From the NCBI GenBank assembly GCA_038254735.1, contig JBBSFX010000009.1:12831-76830 (forward strand): DNA of 64,000 nt. Reading direction: 5' to 3'. Under the pieces are notes generated by a model. That model was not told the origin of the DNA and ran no database searches. It saw only the letters and a list, made by a program, of their open reading frames with translations. Made by a program: the position numbers and the translations under genes. Positions 28,577 to 38,406 of the stretch are shown here, piece by piece (the stretch's first letter is position 1; every line of letters begins with the position of its first letter). Source of the DNA: Solirubrobacterales bacterium. Its GTDB lineage: Bacteria; Actinomycetota; Thermoleophilia; Solirubrobacterales; Solirubrobacteraceae.

Positions 28577-29575
28577 ATGAAGTCCGTACTCAACACACCC
28601 GCCGTCCGGATCGACTCGTGGCTGTCGGAGGCCGAGGAGCGCAGCCTCGCCAACGACGTCCTCGACGGGCTCACGCGGCCGTTCAAGGAGCTCCCGCCCA
28701 AGCACTTCTACGACACCCGCGGCTCGGAGCTGTTCGAGCAGATCTGCGAGCTGCCCGAGTACTACCCGACGCGCACCGAGCTGGCGATCCTGCGACATGT
28801 GGCCCGGGAGCTGGTCGCCACCACCGGGGCCGGGGAGCTGATCGAGCTCGGCTCCGGGGCATCGGTCAAGGCGCGGATCCTGCTCGACGCGATGGCCGCC
28901 GAGGGGACGCTGCAGCGCTACGTGCCGCTCGACGTGTCCGCGGCCGCGGTCGAGGATGCCGCCGGCACGCTGATCGAGGACTACGCCGGGCTGCAGGTGC
29001 ATGGCGTGATCGGCGACTTCGAGCGTCATCTGAACCGCGTGCCGGACGCCAACGGCACGCCCCGGCTGGTGGCTCTGCTCGGCGGTACGATCGGCAACTT
29101 CCCGCCCGGCACCCGGCGCGGGCTGCTGCGCAAGATCGGGGACGTGCTCGGCCCCGCGGACCGGCTGCTGCTGGGGACCGACCTGGTCAAGGACCCGGCG
29201 GTGCTGGAGGCCGCCTACGACGACACCGCCGGCGTGACCGCCGAGTTCAACCGCAACGTGCTGCACGTGATCAACCGCGAGCTGGGCGCCGACTTCCCCG
29301 CCGACGCCTTCGAGCACGTGGCGTTCTACGACCGCCGCCACGAGTGGATCGAGATGCGGCTGCGATCGACGCGGCCCTGCAGCGTGCTCGTCGCGGAGCT
29401 CGGGCTGCGGGTCGAGTTCGCCGCCGGCGAGGAGCTGCGCACCGAGATCAGCGCCAAGTTCACGCGCCCTCGGATCGAGGCCGACTTCGCCGCGGCGGGG
29501 CTCGAGCTCGAGCGCTTCTATACCGACGACGAGGAGCTGTTCGCGCTCACGCTGGCGCGCCCTGCCCCGCAGTAG
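28577..29575 (+). CDS. egtD: L-histidine N-alpha-methyltransferase EgtD
   Basis: KELPPKHFYD, LPEYYPTR, ELGSG, GGTIGN, AYDDTAGVTAEFN, EISAKF. Confidence 0.94.
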   Translation: MKSVLNTPAVRIDSWLSEAEERSLANDVLDGLTRPFKELPPKHFYDTRGSELFEQICELPEYYPTRTELAILRHVARELVATTGAGELIELGSGASVKARILLDAMAAEGTLQRYVPLDVSAAAVEDAAGTLIEDYAGLQVHGVIGDFERHLNRVPDANGTPRLVALLGGTIGNFPPGTRRGLLRKIGDVLGPADRLLLGTDLVKDPAVLEAAYDDTAGVTAEFNRNVLHVINRELGADFPADAFEHVAFYDRRHEWIEMRLRSTRPCSVLVAELGLRVEFAAGEELRTEISAKFTRPRIEADFAAAGLELERFYTDDEELFALTLARPAPQ

Positions 29576-29637
29576 GGTTCCCGCCATGACGGAGGAGCTG
29601 ACTGGCATGTCCGGCAGGCCGCCGGCTGGTCAGGGCA

Positions 29638-30837
29638 TCACAGGCGTTCAACCAGCATCGCCTGGCCCATGCCTCCGGCCACGCACATCGACTCGATCCC
29701 GTAGCGGCCACCCGTCGTCTCGAGGCCGTTCAACAGCGTGGTCATGATCCGCGCGCCCGTCATCCCGAACGGATGCCCGAGGGCGATCGCGCCGCCGAAC
29801 GGGTTGAGCTTCTCCTCGGGGATCCCCAGCTCCTCGCGGCACGGGACGATCTGGGCGGCGAACGCCTCGTTGATCTCGACGATGTCGATCTCGTCGATCG
29901 TCATGCCGGTCTGCTCGAGCAGCGCCCGGATCGCCGGGATCGGCCCGAGGCCCATGATCTCGGGGCGGATCGCCGCAACCGTCGAGGCGATGATCCGCGC
30001 CTTCGGCTGCAGGCCGAGCGCCGCGGCGCGGGCGTCCGACATCACCAGCACCGCGGCGGCGCCGTCGTTGAGCGGACACGAGTTGCCCGCGGTGACGCTC
30101 CCGCCGGGCTTGAACGCGGGCTTCAGCCTGGCCAGGAGCTCGAGCGTGGTGCCGGAACGCGGGCCGTCGTCGCGCGTCATCACCGTCTCGGGCACGTCGA
30201 TCTCGGTGCCGTCGCGGTCTGTGTCGCGGTGCGCGGGCACGGTCACCGGCACGATCTCGGCATCGAAGTGACCCGCCGCCTGCGCCGCTACGGCACGGCT
30301 CTGCGAGATCACCGCCCACTCGTCCTGCTGCTCGCGGGTGATCCGGCAGCGCTCGGCGACGTTCTCGGCCGTCATCCCCATCGGGATGTAGACGTCGTAG
30401 AGGGAGCCCGGCGAACCGTCGAGCGCCGGGTTCTTCGCCGCCTCGATCATCCCGGCGCCGACCCCGGCGCGCGAGACCGCCTCGACCCCGGCCGCGATGT
30501 ACTGCTCTCCCTCCCCGGCCATGACCGCGTGGGCGGCCATCCGGATCGTCATCAGAGAGGAGGCGCAGAAGCGGTTGACCGTGCAGCCAGGCACGTGGTG
30601 GTCGAGCCCGGCCAGCAGCGCCGCGGTGCGCCCGATGTTGGAGCCCTGCTCGCCGATCCCCGAGGCCGCACCCATCAGCACGTCGACGGTCTCGGCGAAG
30701 TCGACCTGCGGGTTGCGCTCGATCAGCGCGCGGATCGGCGTGGCGGCGAGCTCGTCGGCGCGCACGGTCTTCAGCGACCCCTTGACCGCGCGTCCGATCG
30801 GGGTGCGGATCGCGTCGACGATCACGGCTTCTGTCAT
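29638..30837 (-). CDS. acetyl-CoA C-acyltransferase (thiolase)
   Basis: RTPIG, NRFCASS, NEAFA, GGAIALGHP, CVAGGMG. Confidence 0.95.
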   Translation of the reverse strand: MTEAVIVDAIRTPIGRAVKGSLKTVRADELAATPIRALIERNPQVDFAETVDVLMGAASGIGEQGSNIGRTAALLAGLDHHVPGCTVNRFCASSLMTIRMAAHAVMAGEGEQYIAAGVEAVSRAGVGAGMIEAAKNPALDGSPGSLYDVYIPMGMTAENVAERCRITREQQDEWAVISQSRAVAAQAAGHFDAEIVPVTVPAHRDTDRDGTEIDVPETVMTRDDGPRSGTTLELLARLKPAFKPGGSVTAGNSCPLNDGAAAVLVMSDARAAALGLQPKARIIASTVAAIRPEIMGLGPIPAIRALLEQTGMTIDEIDIVEINEAFAAQIVPCREELGIPEEKLNPFGGAIALGHPFGMTGARIMTTLLNGLETTGGRYGIESMCVAGGMGQAMLVERL

Positions 30838-30861
30838 CTGTGCTGCTCCTCTGTGGTGGGG

Positions 30862-31542
30862 TTACAGGCCGAGGCCGCGCACGCCGTTCTCGTCCCAGCC
30901 GAGGTGGTGGGCGAGCTCGTGGCGCACGGTCCGGATCACCTGGGCGCGGAGCAGCTCCGGGTCGTGGCCGAAGTCGCGGGTGAGCGTGTCGCGGAAGATG
31001 ACGATGCGGTCGTGGAAGTAGTCCTGGGCGACGGTGTCGCCCTGGTAGAGGCCGTAGGCGCCCCGCCGCCCGCGCCCGATCCGCGTGCGCCGGCCGCTGT
31101 CTGAGACGACGATCGCCACGTGCTCCAGCGCGCGGTGAACCTCGAGCGGCAGCTCGTCGACGGCGGAGCGGACGAGCGCCCGGAAGTCCTCGTCGGTGTC
31201 GAGCGCGTAGGCGGTGTCGAGCTCGTCGGCGGGCTCGAGCTCGTCCTCGTCCTCGTCCTCGTCTTCGTCCTCGGCGGCGGCCAGCCGCTCGCTGCGGCGC
31301 ACCAGCGCCTCGAACTCGTCCTCGGACCGGGGCTCCTTCCACCCGGCCAGGTGGACGAGCGCCAGCACCACGGCGCCACCGATCACCGCCGCGCCGGCGC
31401 CGAACACCGCGATGCCCTGGAGCAGCCGCACGGCGAACGAATCGCTGAAGCCGGTGATCAGGCTGACCACGCCGAAGCCGAGGCTCAGCGCCGTCAGCGC
31501 CGAAAGCAGCACGCGGCGGGTCGGCGGAGGCGCTCCCGACAC
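30862..31542 (-). CDS. minimal zincin (DUF1025-like) metallopeptidase with N-terminal TM pair and acidic linker
   Basis: LYGLYQG-like AYGLYQG, DRIVIFR, HELAHHLG; EDEDEDEDEDE linker. Confidence 0.82.
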   Translation of the reverse strand: MSGAPPPTRRVLLSALTALSLGFGVVSLITGFSDSFAVRLLQGIAVFGAGAAVIGGAVVLALVHLAGWKEPRSEDEFEALVRRSERLAAAEDEDEDEDEDELEPADELDTAYALDTDEDFRALVRSAVDELPLEVHRALEHVAIVVSDSGRRTRIGRGRRGAYGLYQGDTVAQDYFHDRIVIFRDTLTRDFGHDPELLRAQVIRTVRHELAHHLGWDENGVRGLGL

Positions 31543-31552
31543 GGAGCTCTCC

Positions 31553-32707
31553 CTAACGGAGCGTCCGGGCGATCACGAGACGCTGGATCTCGTTCGTGCC
31601 CTCGTAGATCTGCGTGATCTTGGCATCGCGCATCATCCGTTCGACCGGATAGTCCTTGACGAAGCCGTAGCCCCCCAGCACCTGGACCGCCTCGACCGTG
31701 ACCTCCATCGCCACGTCGGAGCAGAACAGCTTCGCCATCGCCGAGTACTTACCGAGATCGGGGTCGCCGCGGTCAACCTTGGCGCAGGCCTGGTAGAGCA
31801 GCTCGCGGGCGGCCGCGCACTTCGTCTCCATGTCAGCGAGCTTGAACTGGACGCCCTGGAAGGCGTTGATCGGCTTGCCGAACTGCCTGCGCTCGGCGGC
31901 GTAGCCGGCCGCGTAGTCGGTCGCCCCCTGGGCGATTCCGAGTGCCTGCGCGGCGACGCCGAGGCGCGAGCGGTCGAGCGTTGACATCGCCACCTTGAAG
32001 CCCTGGCCGATCTCGCCGATCACGTTCGTCGCGGGGACGCGGACGCCGTCGAAGATCGGCTGGCCGGTCGGCGAGCCCCGGATCCCCAGCTTGTGCTCGA
32101 GCTTGCCGGTGCTGAAGCCGGGGCGGTCGGCCTCGACGACGAACGCGGTGATGCCGCGCGAATGCCCGACCTCGCGGTCGGTGACGGCGAAGACGCAGTA
32201 GAAGTCGGCGATGCCGATGTTGGTGATCCAGTTCTTGGTCCCGTCGATCACCCACTCCTCGCCGTCCTTGACGGCGCGGGTGATCATCCCGCCCGGGTCC
32301 GATCCGGCCTCGGGCTCGGACAGCGCGAACGCCGGCGAGAGCTCGCCCGACGCGCACCGCGGCAGGAACCGCTCCTGAAGCTCGTCGCTGCCGAACAGTT
32401 TGATCGGAAGCGTGCCGAGCTCCTGGACCATCAGGATCAGCGCCGTCGACGCGCACGCCTTGGCGATCTCCTCCACGGCCATGTTGAGCATCAGCGAGCC
32501 GGTGCCGGTGCCGCCGTGCTCGGTCTCGAAGGGCAGCCCGAGGACGTCCTGCTCGCCGAGCAGCCGGCGCAGGTCGTGCGGATACTCGGCCTGCTCGTCG
32601 ATCTCGGCCGCCCGCGGGGCGATCCGCTCACGGGCGATCTGGCGGATCGTGTCGCGGAAGTCGAGGTGCTCCTGCGGAATCGTGTACAGATCGGCCAGCG
32701 CGGGCAT
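31553..32707 (-). CDS. acyl-CoA dehydrogenase
   Basis: FALSEPEAGSD, GTKNWITN, KLGIRGSPT, RQFG, QIYEGTNEIQR. Confidence 0.95.
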   Translation of the reverse strand: MPALADLYTIPQEHLDFRDTIRQIARERIAPRAAEIDEQAEYPHDLRRLLGEQDVLGLPFETEHGGTGTGSLMLNMAVEEIAKACASTALILMVQELGTLPIKLFGSDELQERFLPRCASGELSPAFALSEPEAGSDPGGMITRAVKDGEEWVIDGTKNWITNIGIADFYCVFAVTDREVGHSRGITAFVVEADRPGFSTGKLEHKLGIRGSPTGQPIFDGVRVPATNVIGEIGQGFKVAMSTLDRSRLGVAAQALGIAQGATDYAAGYAAERRQFGKPINAFQGVQFKLADMETKCAAARELLYQACAKVDRGDPDLGKYSAMAKLFCSDVAMEVTVEAVQVLGGYGFVKDYPVERMMRDAKITQIYEGTNEIQRLVIARTLR

Positions 32708-32873
32708 CTCGACTGGATCCTAGATCACACGATCGTCGGGCGGCTCGGCGACGCGCCACAGCCGCCGAGGGAGCGCCTGGGCGCCGGCGACAGGCGCCGC
32801 CGGCGCGCTCAGCGGGGCGTCGGGAGCCCGCGGCGGATCCCCGGCTCCCGCGCGTCCCCGGCCCCCTCCGTCA

Positions 32874-33001
32874 GATCAGTGGTCATGGCGGCTTCGCCAC
32901 CCGCGGAATGTGAAAATGGGCAGCGCGTAGCGGACCCTTTAGCCATGACGCGGAGCAGGCCGTACTCCGCGGGATGCGATCAGTGTGCAGGGATTTTACC
33001 A
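32874..33001 (-). ncRNA. candidate structured leader/sRNA with alternative pairings
   Basis: extended -10 TGGTAAAAT at 33001-32993, followed by several overlapping 7-8 bp perfect stems; family not recognised. Confidence 0.3.
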
Positions 33002-33024
33002 CTTTCGCCCGCAAGACTTTCGCT

Positions 33025-33873
33025 TCAGAAGCCGGTGGGATGGCGCTCGACGTAGCCCGAGTTCCTGGTCGGCGCCGAGCTCCAGCGGCTGCCGCCCGTC
33101 GAGCTCTGCGCGGCGGTGTCGAAGCGCAGGCCGGCGACGTACATGTACACGTGGCCGCCGTTGGCCCAGAGCGTGATCCACTGCCCGGCGCCGGCGCTGC
33201 CGTAGCTCTCGAGCGAGCCCGAGTCCTCGGTCTGCGACAGCAGGCCGCCGCCGTGCAGCGCGTAGCCGACCGAGCCCGAGCAGTCGTAGCCCGAGGAGTT
33301 CCAGCTGCCGTGGCCGCCGCCATAGACGTACGGCTTGAAGGCGATCTTGTTGGCAGCGGCTATCACGTCCTTGACCTCACGCGGGGCGCTGTCCGGCGCC
33401 ACGGCGAGCCCGCCCGACAGCGTCGCCTTGGCGGTCGGGTTGCTCGGCGACGTGGGGCCGATCGGCGGGTTGGGTCCGAGCGGCGGGTTCGGGACCGTGT
33501 AGGAGACGCCGCCGGTCGAGTCCGCCACCGCCTGGGTGCCCTGCCGGTTGGCGACGACGGAACGAATCATGGCGACGAAGTGCCGGCCGACGACGCCGAC
33601 CGCCGGGACCAGGCGGTAGCGGTGCTCGAAGGCGATCGCGTGATGCCTCGTCGTGGGGCCGAACGACCCGTCCGCCGGGGTCGCGAAGCCGGAGGAGGTG
33701 AGGTACTGCTGCAGCACCCGCACGTCGTGGCCGCTCATCCCCTCGCGCAGCGTCCGCTGCCCGAGATGTCGCGATGCAGCGCTCGCCGAGGCGCTGAACG
33801 AGAACGTGGACGCCGAGGCGAGCATGCCGATGGCGATCAGATGTCGTAGCCCCACTGCCCTGAAGTACGTCAA
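33025..33873 (-). CDS. secreted peptidoglycan-binding + NlpC/P60-like hydrolase
   Basis: signal peptide; LREGMSGHDVRVLQQYL..DGSFGP.T; YVYGGGH, YDCSG, GHV catalytic pattern. Confidence 0.87.
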   Translation of the reverse strand: MTYFRAVGLRHLIAIGMLASASTFSFSASASAASRHLGQRTLREGMSGHDVRVLQQYLTSSGFATPADGSFGPTTRHHAIAFEHRYRLVPAVGVVGRHFVAMIRSVVANRQGTQAVADSTGGVSYTVPNPPLGPNPPIGPTSPSNPTAKATLSGGLAVAPDSAPREVKDVIAAANKIAFKPYVYGGGHGSWNSSGYDCSGSVGYALHGGGLLSQTEDSGSLESYGSAGAGQWITLWANGGHVYMYVAGLRFDTAAQSSTGGSRWSSAPTRNSGYVERHPTGF

Positions 33874-33892
33874 TGCCGACCCTTTCTCTTTC

Positions 33893-34028
33893 CGCGCCTA
33901 CGGGGTTAGCTGTCGGGCTCGCGCTGAAAGAGCTGCGCTACGTCGAAAGATTCGGCGATTCGCCCCAGAGGCCTATGGCCTCGGTGGGTCCCCCGTTCCT
34001 CGCAAGCAGAGTTGCGAGGATTCGGCTG
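33893..34028 (-). promoter_or_regulatory. cyclic di-AMP (ydaO/yuaA) riboswitch
   Basis: minus strand GCCGAATCC..GGAACGGGGGACCCA..GGGGCGAATC..GCCCGACAGCTAACCCCGTAGGC. Confidence 0.92.
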
Positions 34029-34132
34029 TATCTGGCACGGCAGAGTAACGGAGATGCAAGACGGATGTCGCGCGCAGGGTTATGGCAACCGAGCGTGTCG
34101 GGCAGACTCTCCGTATCGATAGCCTGCCCACG

Positions 34133-34468
34133 ATGTCCGGCGAATACACACCGAGTCAGGTCGCTGACCTTCAGGTCCGTGGCGAGATCGAGCTGATCGA
34201 CGTGCGCGCGCCCCACGAGCACGCCGCCGGTCGCATCGCCGGGGACCGGCTGATCGAGCTCGGCGAGCTCTCCGCGAAGGCCGCGACGATCGACCGCGAA
34301 CGCCCGATCGTGTTCTACTGCCGCAGCGGCAGCCGCTCGGCGATGGCCACCCAGGCCTTCCGCCAGGCCGGCTACGACGCGCACAACATGGCCGGCGGAC
34401 TGCTCCGCTGGCGCGACGAGAACCTGCCGATCGAGCCGGCCGACGGCCGCGTGGCGGACCCCGGGTAA
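34133..34468 (+). CDS. rhodanese-like domain protein
   Basis: LIDVR..HE..GRIAG, YCRSGSRS; TAGCCT 7 nt before ATG. Confidence 0.9.
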   Translation: MSGEYTPSQVADLQVRGEIELIDVRAPHEHAAGRIAGDRLIELGELSAKAATIDRERPIVFYCRSGSRSAMATQAFRQAGYDAHNMAGGLLRWRDENLPIEPADGRVADPG

Positions 34469-34487
34469 TCGGCTGGCGCCGATTACC
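34464..34487. repeat. C-GCCA-G loop palindrome overlapping the rhodanese stop codon
   Basis: GGTAATCGGC-TGGC-GCCGATTACC, perfect 10-bp arms. Confidence 0.85.
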
Positions 34488-34666
34488 TTGGGAGCATCGC
34501 CCTGGGGGGATTCTCCCGGGCGCTGAGGTGTTCGTCCCGCCCAGTCGGCCATCGTGGAGTCGCCGTCGGGCCGTCGCGTCCAGTCGGCCGCCGGGCGGCG
34601 ACTGCGTTTGAGGGATCGCCCAGGGGGGCGGTCCGGGGCGGGGGCAACTTCGTCAGGGAGCGCCGC

Positions 34667-34870
34667 TCAGAGCTTGATGACGTTGATGGCCTTGGGGCCC
34701 TTGGGGCCCGCCTCCTCCTCGTAGGACACCTTCGCGCCCTCGGCGAGTGAGCGGTAGCCATCGGCGTTGATGCTCGAGTGGTGCACGAACAGGTCGCGAC
34801 TGCCCTCATCGGGCGTGATGAACCCGAAGCCCTTCTCGTCGCTGAACCATTTGACCGTACCGGTGGGCAT
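34667..34870 (-). CDS. cold-shock protein
   Basis: [25 protein letters not shown]; GGAGG SD. Confidence 0.96.
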   Translation of the reverse strand: MPTGTVKWFSDEKGFGFITPDEGSRDLFVHHSSINADGYRSLAEGAKVSYEEEAGPKGPKAINVIKL

Positions 34871-34875
34871 TTGGA

Positions 34876-34924
34876 GTGATCCTCCGTAGTTAGATGCTGC
34901 TACCACGGAGGATGTCTCGATCAC
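34876..34924 (-). promoter_or_regulatory. SD-sequestering hairpin in csp 5' UTR
   Basis: minus strand ATCCTCCGTGGTAG...CTACGGAGGAT pairs the GGAGG SD. Confidence 0.5.
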
Positions 34925-35066
34925 CGCCCGGGCCTGCACCTGCTTTGACGCCTACCTCGTCTGTGAGGCGGCCTTACGGCGCGGCACGGTAGCACCTGCG
35001 CCAAACCAAAGTGTTTCAGACGAACGTCGAATTTCACACCCCGGACACACTCCCATTCTGAGAGCA

Positions 35067-35480
35067 ATGGCAGACGAGCTTTCCATCGCCCGCGGCGTCG
35101 CGATCCCCCTACGGGAGATCACGATTCGCGCCTCTCGCTCCTCGGGGCCCGGCGGCCAGCACGCCAACGTGACGGCGTCGCGGATCGAGGCGAGCTTCGA
35201 CGTGGCCGCGTCGGCATCGCTGACCGACGCGCAGAAGCAGCGGATCATCTCCCGCAACGGGCCCCGCGTAGTCGCCGTGGCCCAGGACGCCCGCAGCCAG
35301 GCACGCAACCGCGAGCTGGCGCTCGACCGGCTGCAGCGGCGGCTGGCGGCAGCGCTGGCGGTGCCGCGAAGCCGGACGGCGACCCAGCCGACGCGATCGG
35401 CCCGCCAGCGCCGGCTCGAGGCCAAGCGCCGCCAGGCCGATCGCAAGCGCGAGCGCCGCCGCCCCGACACCGGCGAGTGA
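35067..35480 (+). CDS. arfB: alternative ribosome rescue peptidyl-tRNA hydrolase ArfB
   Basis: SGPGGQHAN (GGQ), RSQARNR, basic C-terminal tail. Confidence 0.93.
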   Translation: MADELSIARGVAIPLREITIRASRSSGPGGQHANVTASRIEASFDVAASASLTDAQKQRIISRNGPRVVAVAQDARSQARNRELALDRLQRRLAAALAVPRSRTATQPTRSARQRRLEAKRRQADRKRERRRPDTGE

Positions 35481-35540
35481 GCCGCCCCACCGCGGGCGCC
35501 CGACGCCCGCGCACGCGCGCGCGTACGTACAGTCGGGGCG

Positions 35541-35915
35541 ATGCGCTGGCTGGTCGACGGGATGAACGTGATCGGGACCCGCCCGGACAACTGGTGGCGG
35601 GACCGCGACGCGGCGATGCTCCGGCTCGTGGACCTGCTCGAGCGCTGGGTGGCGGCCGAGGGCGACGAGCTGACCGTCGTGTTCGAGCGCAAACCCTCGC
35701 CGCCGATCCGCTCCTCGGTGATCGAGGTGGCGCACGCGCCGAAGCCCAAGCGCGACGCCGCCGACGACGAGATCATCCGCCGCCTGCGGGCCGATCCACA
35801 GCCCGGGGCGGTCCGCGTGGTCACCTCCGACCGGTGGCTGGCCGACCGCGCGTGGGCGCTCGGGGCGTCGGTCGAGGGCGCCGAATCCTTCCGGAACCGG
35901 CTGGAAAACGAATAA
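35541..35915 (+). CDS. NYN (YacP-like) domain protein
   Basis: WLVDGMNV, VVFE, ADDEI, VVTSDR. Confidence 0.85.
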   Translation: MRWLVDGMNVIGTRPDNWWRDRDAAMLRLVDLLERWVAAEGDELTVVFERKPSPPIRSSVIEVAHAPKPKRDAADDEIIRRLRADPQPGAVRVVTSDRWLADRAWALGASVEGAESFRNRLENE

Positions 35916-35957
35916 ACCGGCCACTCCGACGTCGCAGCTTGCGACAATCAGACTCCA

Positions 35958-37991
35958 ATGTCCGACGAGACCCCCAGGCGCCCGGCCACGACGCGCGGCC
36001 GGCAAGGCGAGTCGCCCCCGCCCACGCCGGGGTGGAAGGTCACGCCGGCGCCCGACGGCCGCGGCGCTGAGAAGAAGCCGGCGCAGAAGTCCTGGGGGCC
36101 CAACCCGCGGTGGCTGGTGGCGCTCCTGGTCGTCGGCCTGCTGGCGCTCAACCTGTGGATCTCCTCGGAGGCACTGAAGCCCAACGCGCGGGTGCGGATC
36201 CCCTACAGCCCGAACTTCCTCACGCAGATCATGCACGGGAACGTGGCCGAGATCGCCTCCACCGGCGACGCGATCCAGGGGACCTTCCGGCAGGGCTACG
36301 ACTCCCAGGGCGGCTCGACGATCTACTTCTCGACCCAGGTCCCGTCGTTCGCCGACCACCAGACGCTGTCGCATCTGCTGATCAAGCAGGGCGTGACGAT
36401 CGACGCCCAGTCGACCAACCAGGGCCCGTCGTTCCTGACCAGCATCCTGTTCGGGTTCGGGCCGACGCTGCTGCTGGTGCTGCTGTTCGTGTTCCTGATG
36501 CGCCGCGCCGCGGCCGCCGGCGGCGGACCGGGCGGGCTGATGTCGTTCGGGCGCTCGCGGGCTCGCCGGGTTGAGGCCATCGATCAGCCGGTGACCTTCG
36601 AAGACGTGGCCGGGATCGACGAGGCCAAGGAGGAGCTGACCGAGATCGTCGACTTCCTCAAGAACCCCGACAAGTACCTCGCGCTGGGAGCCAAGATCCC
36701 CCGTGGCGTGCTGCTCAGCGGGCAGCCGGGGACCGGCAAGACGCTGCTGGCGCGCGCCGTCGCCGGCGAGGCCGGCGTGCCGTTCTTCCAGATGTCGGCC
36801 TCCGAGTTCGTCGAGATGATCGTCGGCGTCGGCGCCAGCCGCGTGCGCGACCTGTTCACGCAGGCCAAGGAGGCGGCCCCCGCGATCATCTTCATCGACG
36901 AGCTCGACGCCGTCGGGCGCTCGCGCTCCTCCGGCGGCCCGAACATCTCCGGCGGCCACGACGAGCGCGAGCAGACGCTCAACCAGATCCTCACCGAGAT
37001 GGACGGATTCGACCCGCGTAGCGGCGTGATCGTGCTCGGGGCGACGAACCGCCCGGAGATCCTCGACCCGGCGCTGCTGCGCCCCGGCCGCTTCGACCGC
37101 CGCGTCGTCGTACAGCCGCCCGACCGGGCCGGACGCGAGGCGATCCTCGCCGTGCACACGCGCTCGGTCCCGCTGGCTCCCGAGGTGACGCTCGGGGCGA
37201 TCGCCTCGACCACGCCGGGGATGGTCGGCGCCGACCTCGCCAACCTGGTCAACGAGGGCGCGTTGCTGGCCGCCCGGCGGGGCCACGACAAGGTCGGACA
37301 GGAGGACTTCACCGACGCGCTCGAGCGGATCGTGCTCGGCGCCGCGCGCAACGTGATGGTGTCCGAGGAGGATCGCAAGCGGACCGCCTACCACGAGGGC
37401 GGGCACGCACTGGTGGGCATGCTGACCGCCGGCGCCGACCCCGTGCGCAAGGTCTCGATCATCCCCCGCGGCCAGGCGCTCGGCGTCACCTTCTCAGCCC
37501 CGGACGCCGATCGCTTCAACTACGACCAACGCCACCTCGTAGCCCAGATCAAGGTCGCGCTGGGCGGCCGCGCCGCCGAGGAGATGGTGTTCGGCGACCT
37601 CACCACGGGCGCCGAGTCGGACATCCAGCAGCTGACCCGGATCGCCCGCTACATGGTCGGCCGGTGGGGCATGAGCCGAGCGATCGGACCGATCGCGGTG
37701 ATCCCCAGCGATGGCGCCGGGATGCTGTTCCCAGGCGTCTCGGAGACCTCGGAGGCGACGGCCCGGCTGATCGACGAGGAGGTGCGGCGGATCGTCGAGT
37801 CGGCCCACCAGGAGGTGCATGAGCTGCTGCGGCGCAACCGGCCCGCCCTCGACGAGCTCGTCGCCTCACTGCTCAAGCACGAGACGCTCGACGAGACCGA
37901 CGCGTATGCGGCCGCGGGGCTCACGCGCGCGTCGCAGAACGGCGAGCTGGCGGCCGGCGCCCCGGCGGCTCCGCCGCTGCTCGGCGGCTGA
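35958..37991 (+). CDS. ftsH: ATP-dependent zinc metalloprotease FtsH
   Basis: 2 [35 protein letters not shown]. Confidence 0.96.
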   Translation: MSDETPRRPATTRGRQGESPPPTPGWKVTPAPDGRGAEKKPAQKSWGPNPRWLVALLVVGLLALNLWISSEALKPNARVRIPYSPNFLTQIMHGNVAEIASTGDAIQGTFRQGYDSQGGSTIYFSTQVPSFADHQTLSHLLIKQGVTIDAQSTNQGPSFLTSILFGFGPTLLLVLLFVFLMRRAAAAGGGPGGLMSFGRSRARRVEAIDQPVTFEDVAGIDEAKEELTEIVDFLKNPDKYLALGAKIPRGVLLSGQPGTGKTLLARAVAGEAGVPFFQMSASEFVEMIVGVGASRVRDLFTQAKEAAPAIIFIDELDAVGRSRSSGGPNISGGHDEREQTLNQILTEMDGFDPRSGVIVLGATNRPEILDPALLRPGRFDRRVVVQPPDRAGREAILAVHTRSVPLAPEVTLGAIASTTPGMVGADLANLVNEGALLAARRGHDKVGQEDFTDALERIVLGAARNVMVSEEDRKRTAYHEGGHALVGMLTAGADPVRKVSIIPRGQALGVTFSAPDADRFNYDQRHLVAQIKVALGGRAAEEMVFGDLTTGAESDIQQLTRIARYMVGRWGMSRAIGPIAVIPSDGAGMLFPGVSETSEATARLIDEEVRRIVESAHQEVHELLRRNRPALDELVASLLKHETLDETDAYAAAGLTRASQNGELAAGAPAAPPLLGG

Positions 37992-38065
37992 TCCGATCCG
38001 CAGGTTCGAGCGCGGCCAGCGACGGCCCACACGGGGCCACGGCCGGCCCGGCGGCTCGCGCGGGA

Positions 38066-38371
38066 TCAGTCGCCCAGGTGGGTCATCCGCGCCAGCGCCT
38101 CGTGGCACTCGACGACGCGCTGCTTGACCCGGTCCTTGTCGGGCCGGTCGTGGACCAGGTCCCACGTACGGTCGGCGATCTCGCGCGCCGTCTCGGGGGT
38201 CGCTCCCTCCCACAGCCGGTTGACCAGCTTCAGCTCGAAGTCGCAGATCTGGTCGGCCGGGTCGCCGGGGGCCAGACGCGGCAGCGCCTCGCCGGTCGTC
38301 TCCTTCCACATCCCGGTCGCCACGAGCAGTCGGTTGCGCAGCGTGATCTGGTCCATCAGGCCGAGAATCAT
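38066..38371 (-). CDS. hypothetical protein
   Basis: helical, high-GC3 ORF; start uncertain (38356-38410). Confidence 0.65.
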   Translation of the reverse strand: MILGLMDQITLRNRLLVATGMWKETTGEALPRLAPGDPADQICDFELKLVNRLWEGATPETAREIADRTWDLVHDRPDKDRVKQRVVECHEALARMTHLGD

Positions 38372-38406
38372 CCTAGATACCGGCGTGCAGCGTAGCGAGG
38401 TCGGGC

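Noticed and set aside
32809-32946. 45-codon ORF (MAKGSATRCPF...) upstream of the ACAD gene
   Set aside because: Many A/T-ending codons in its first half, no SD and no recognisable motif; better explained as structured non-coding sequence.
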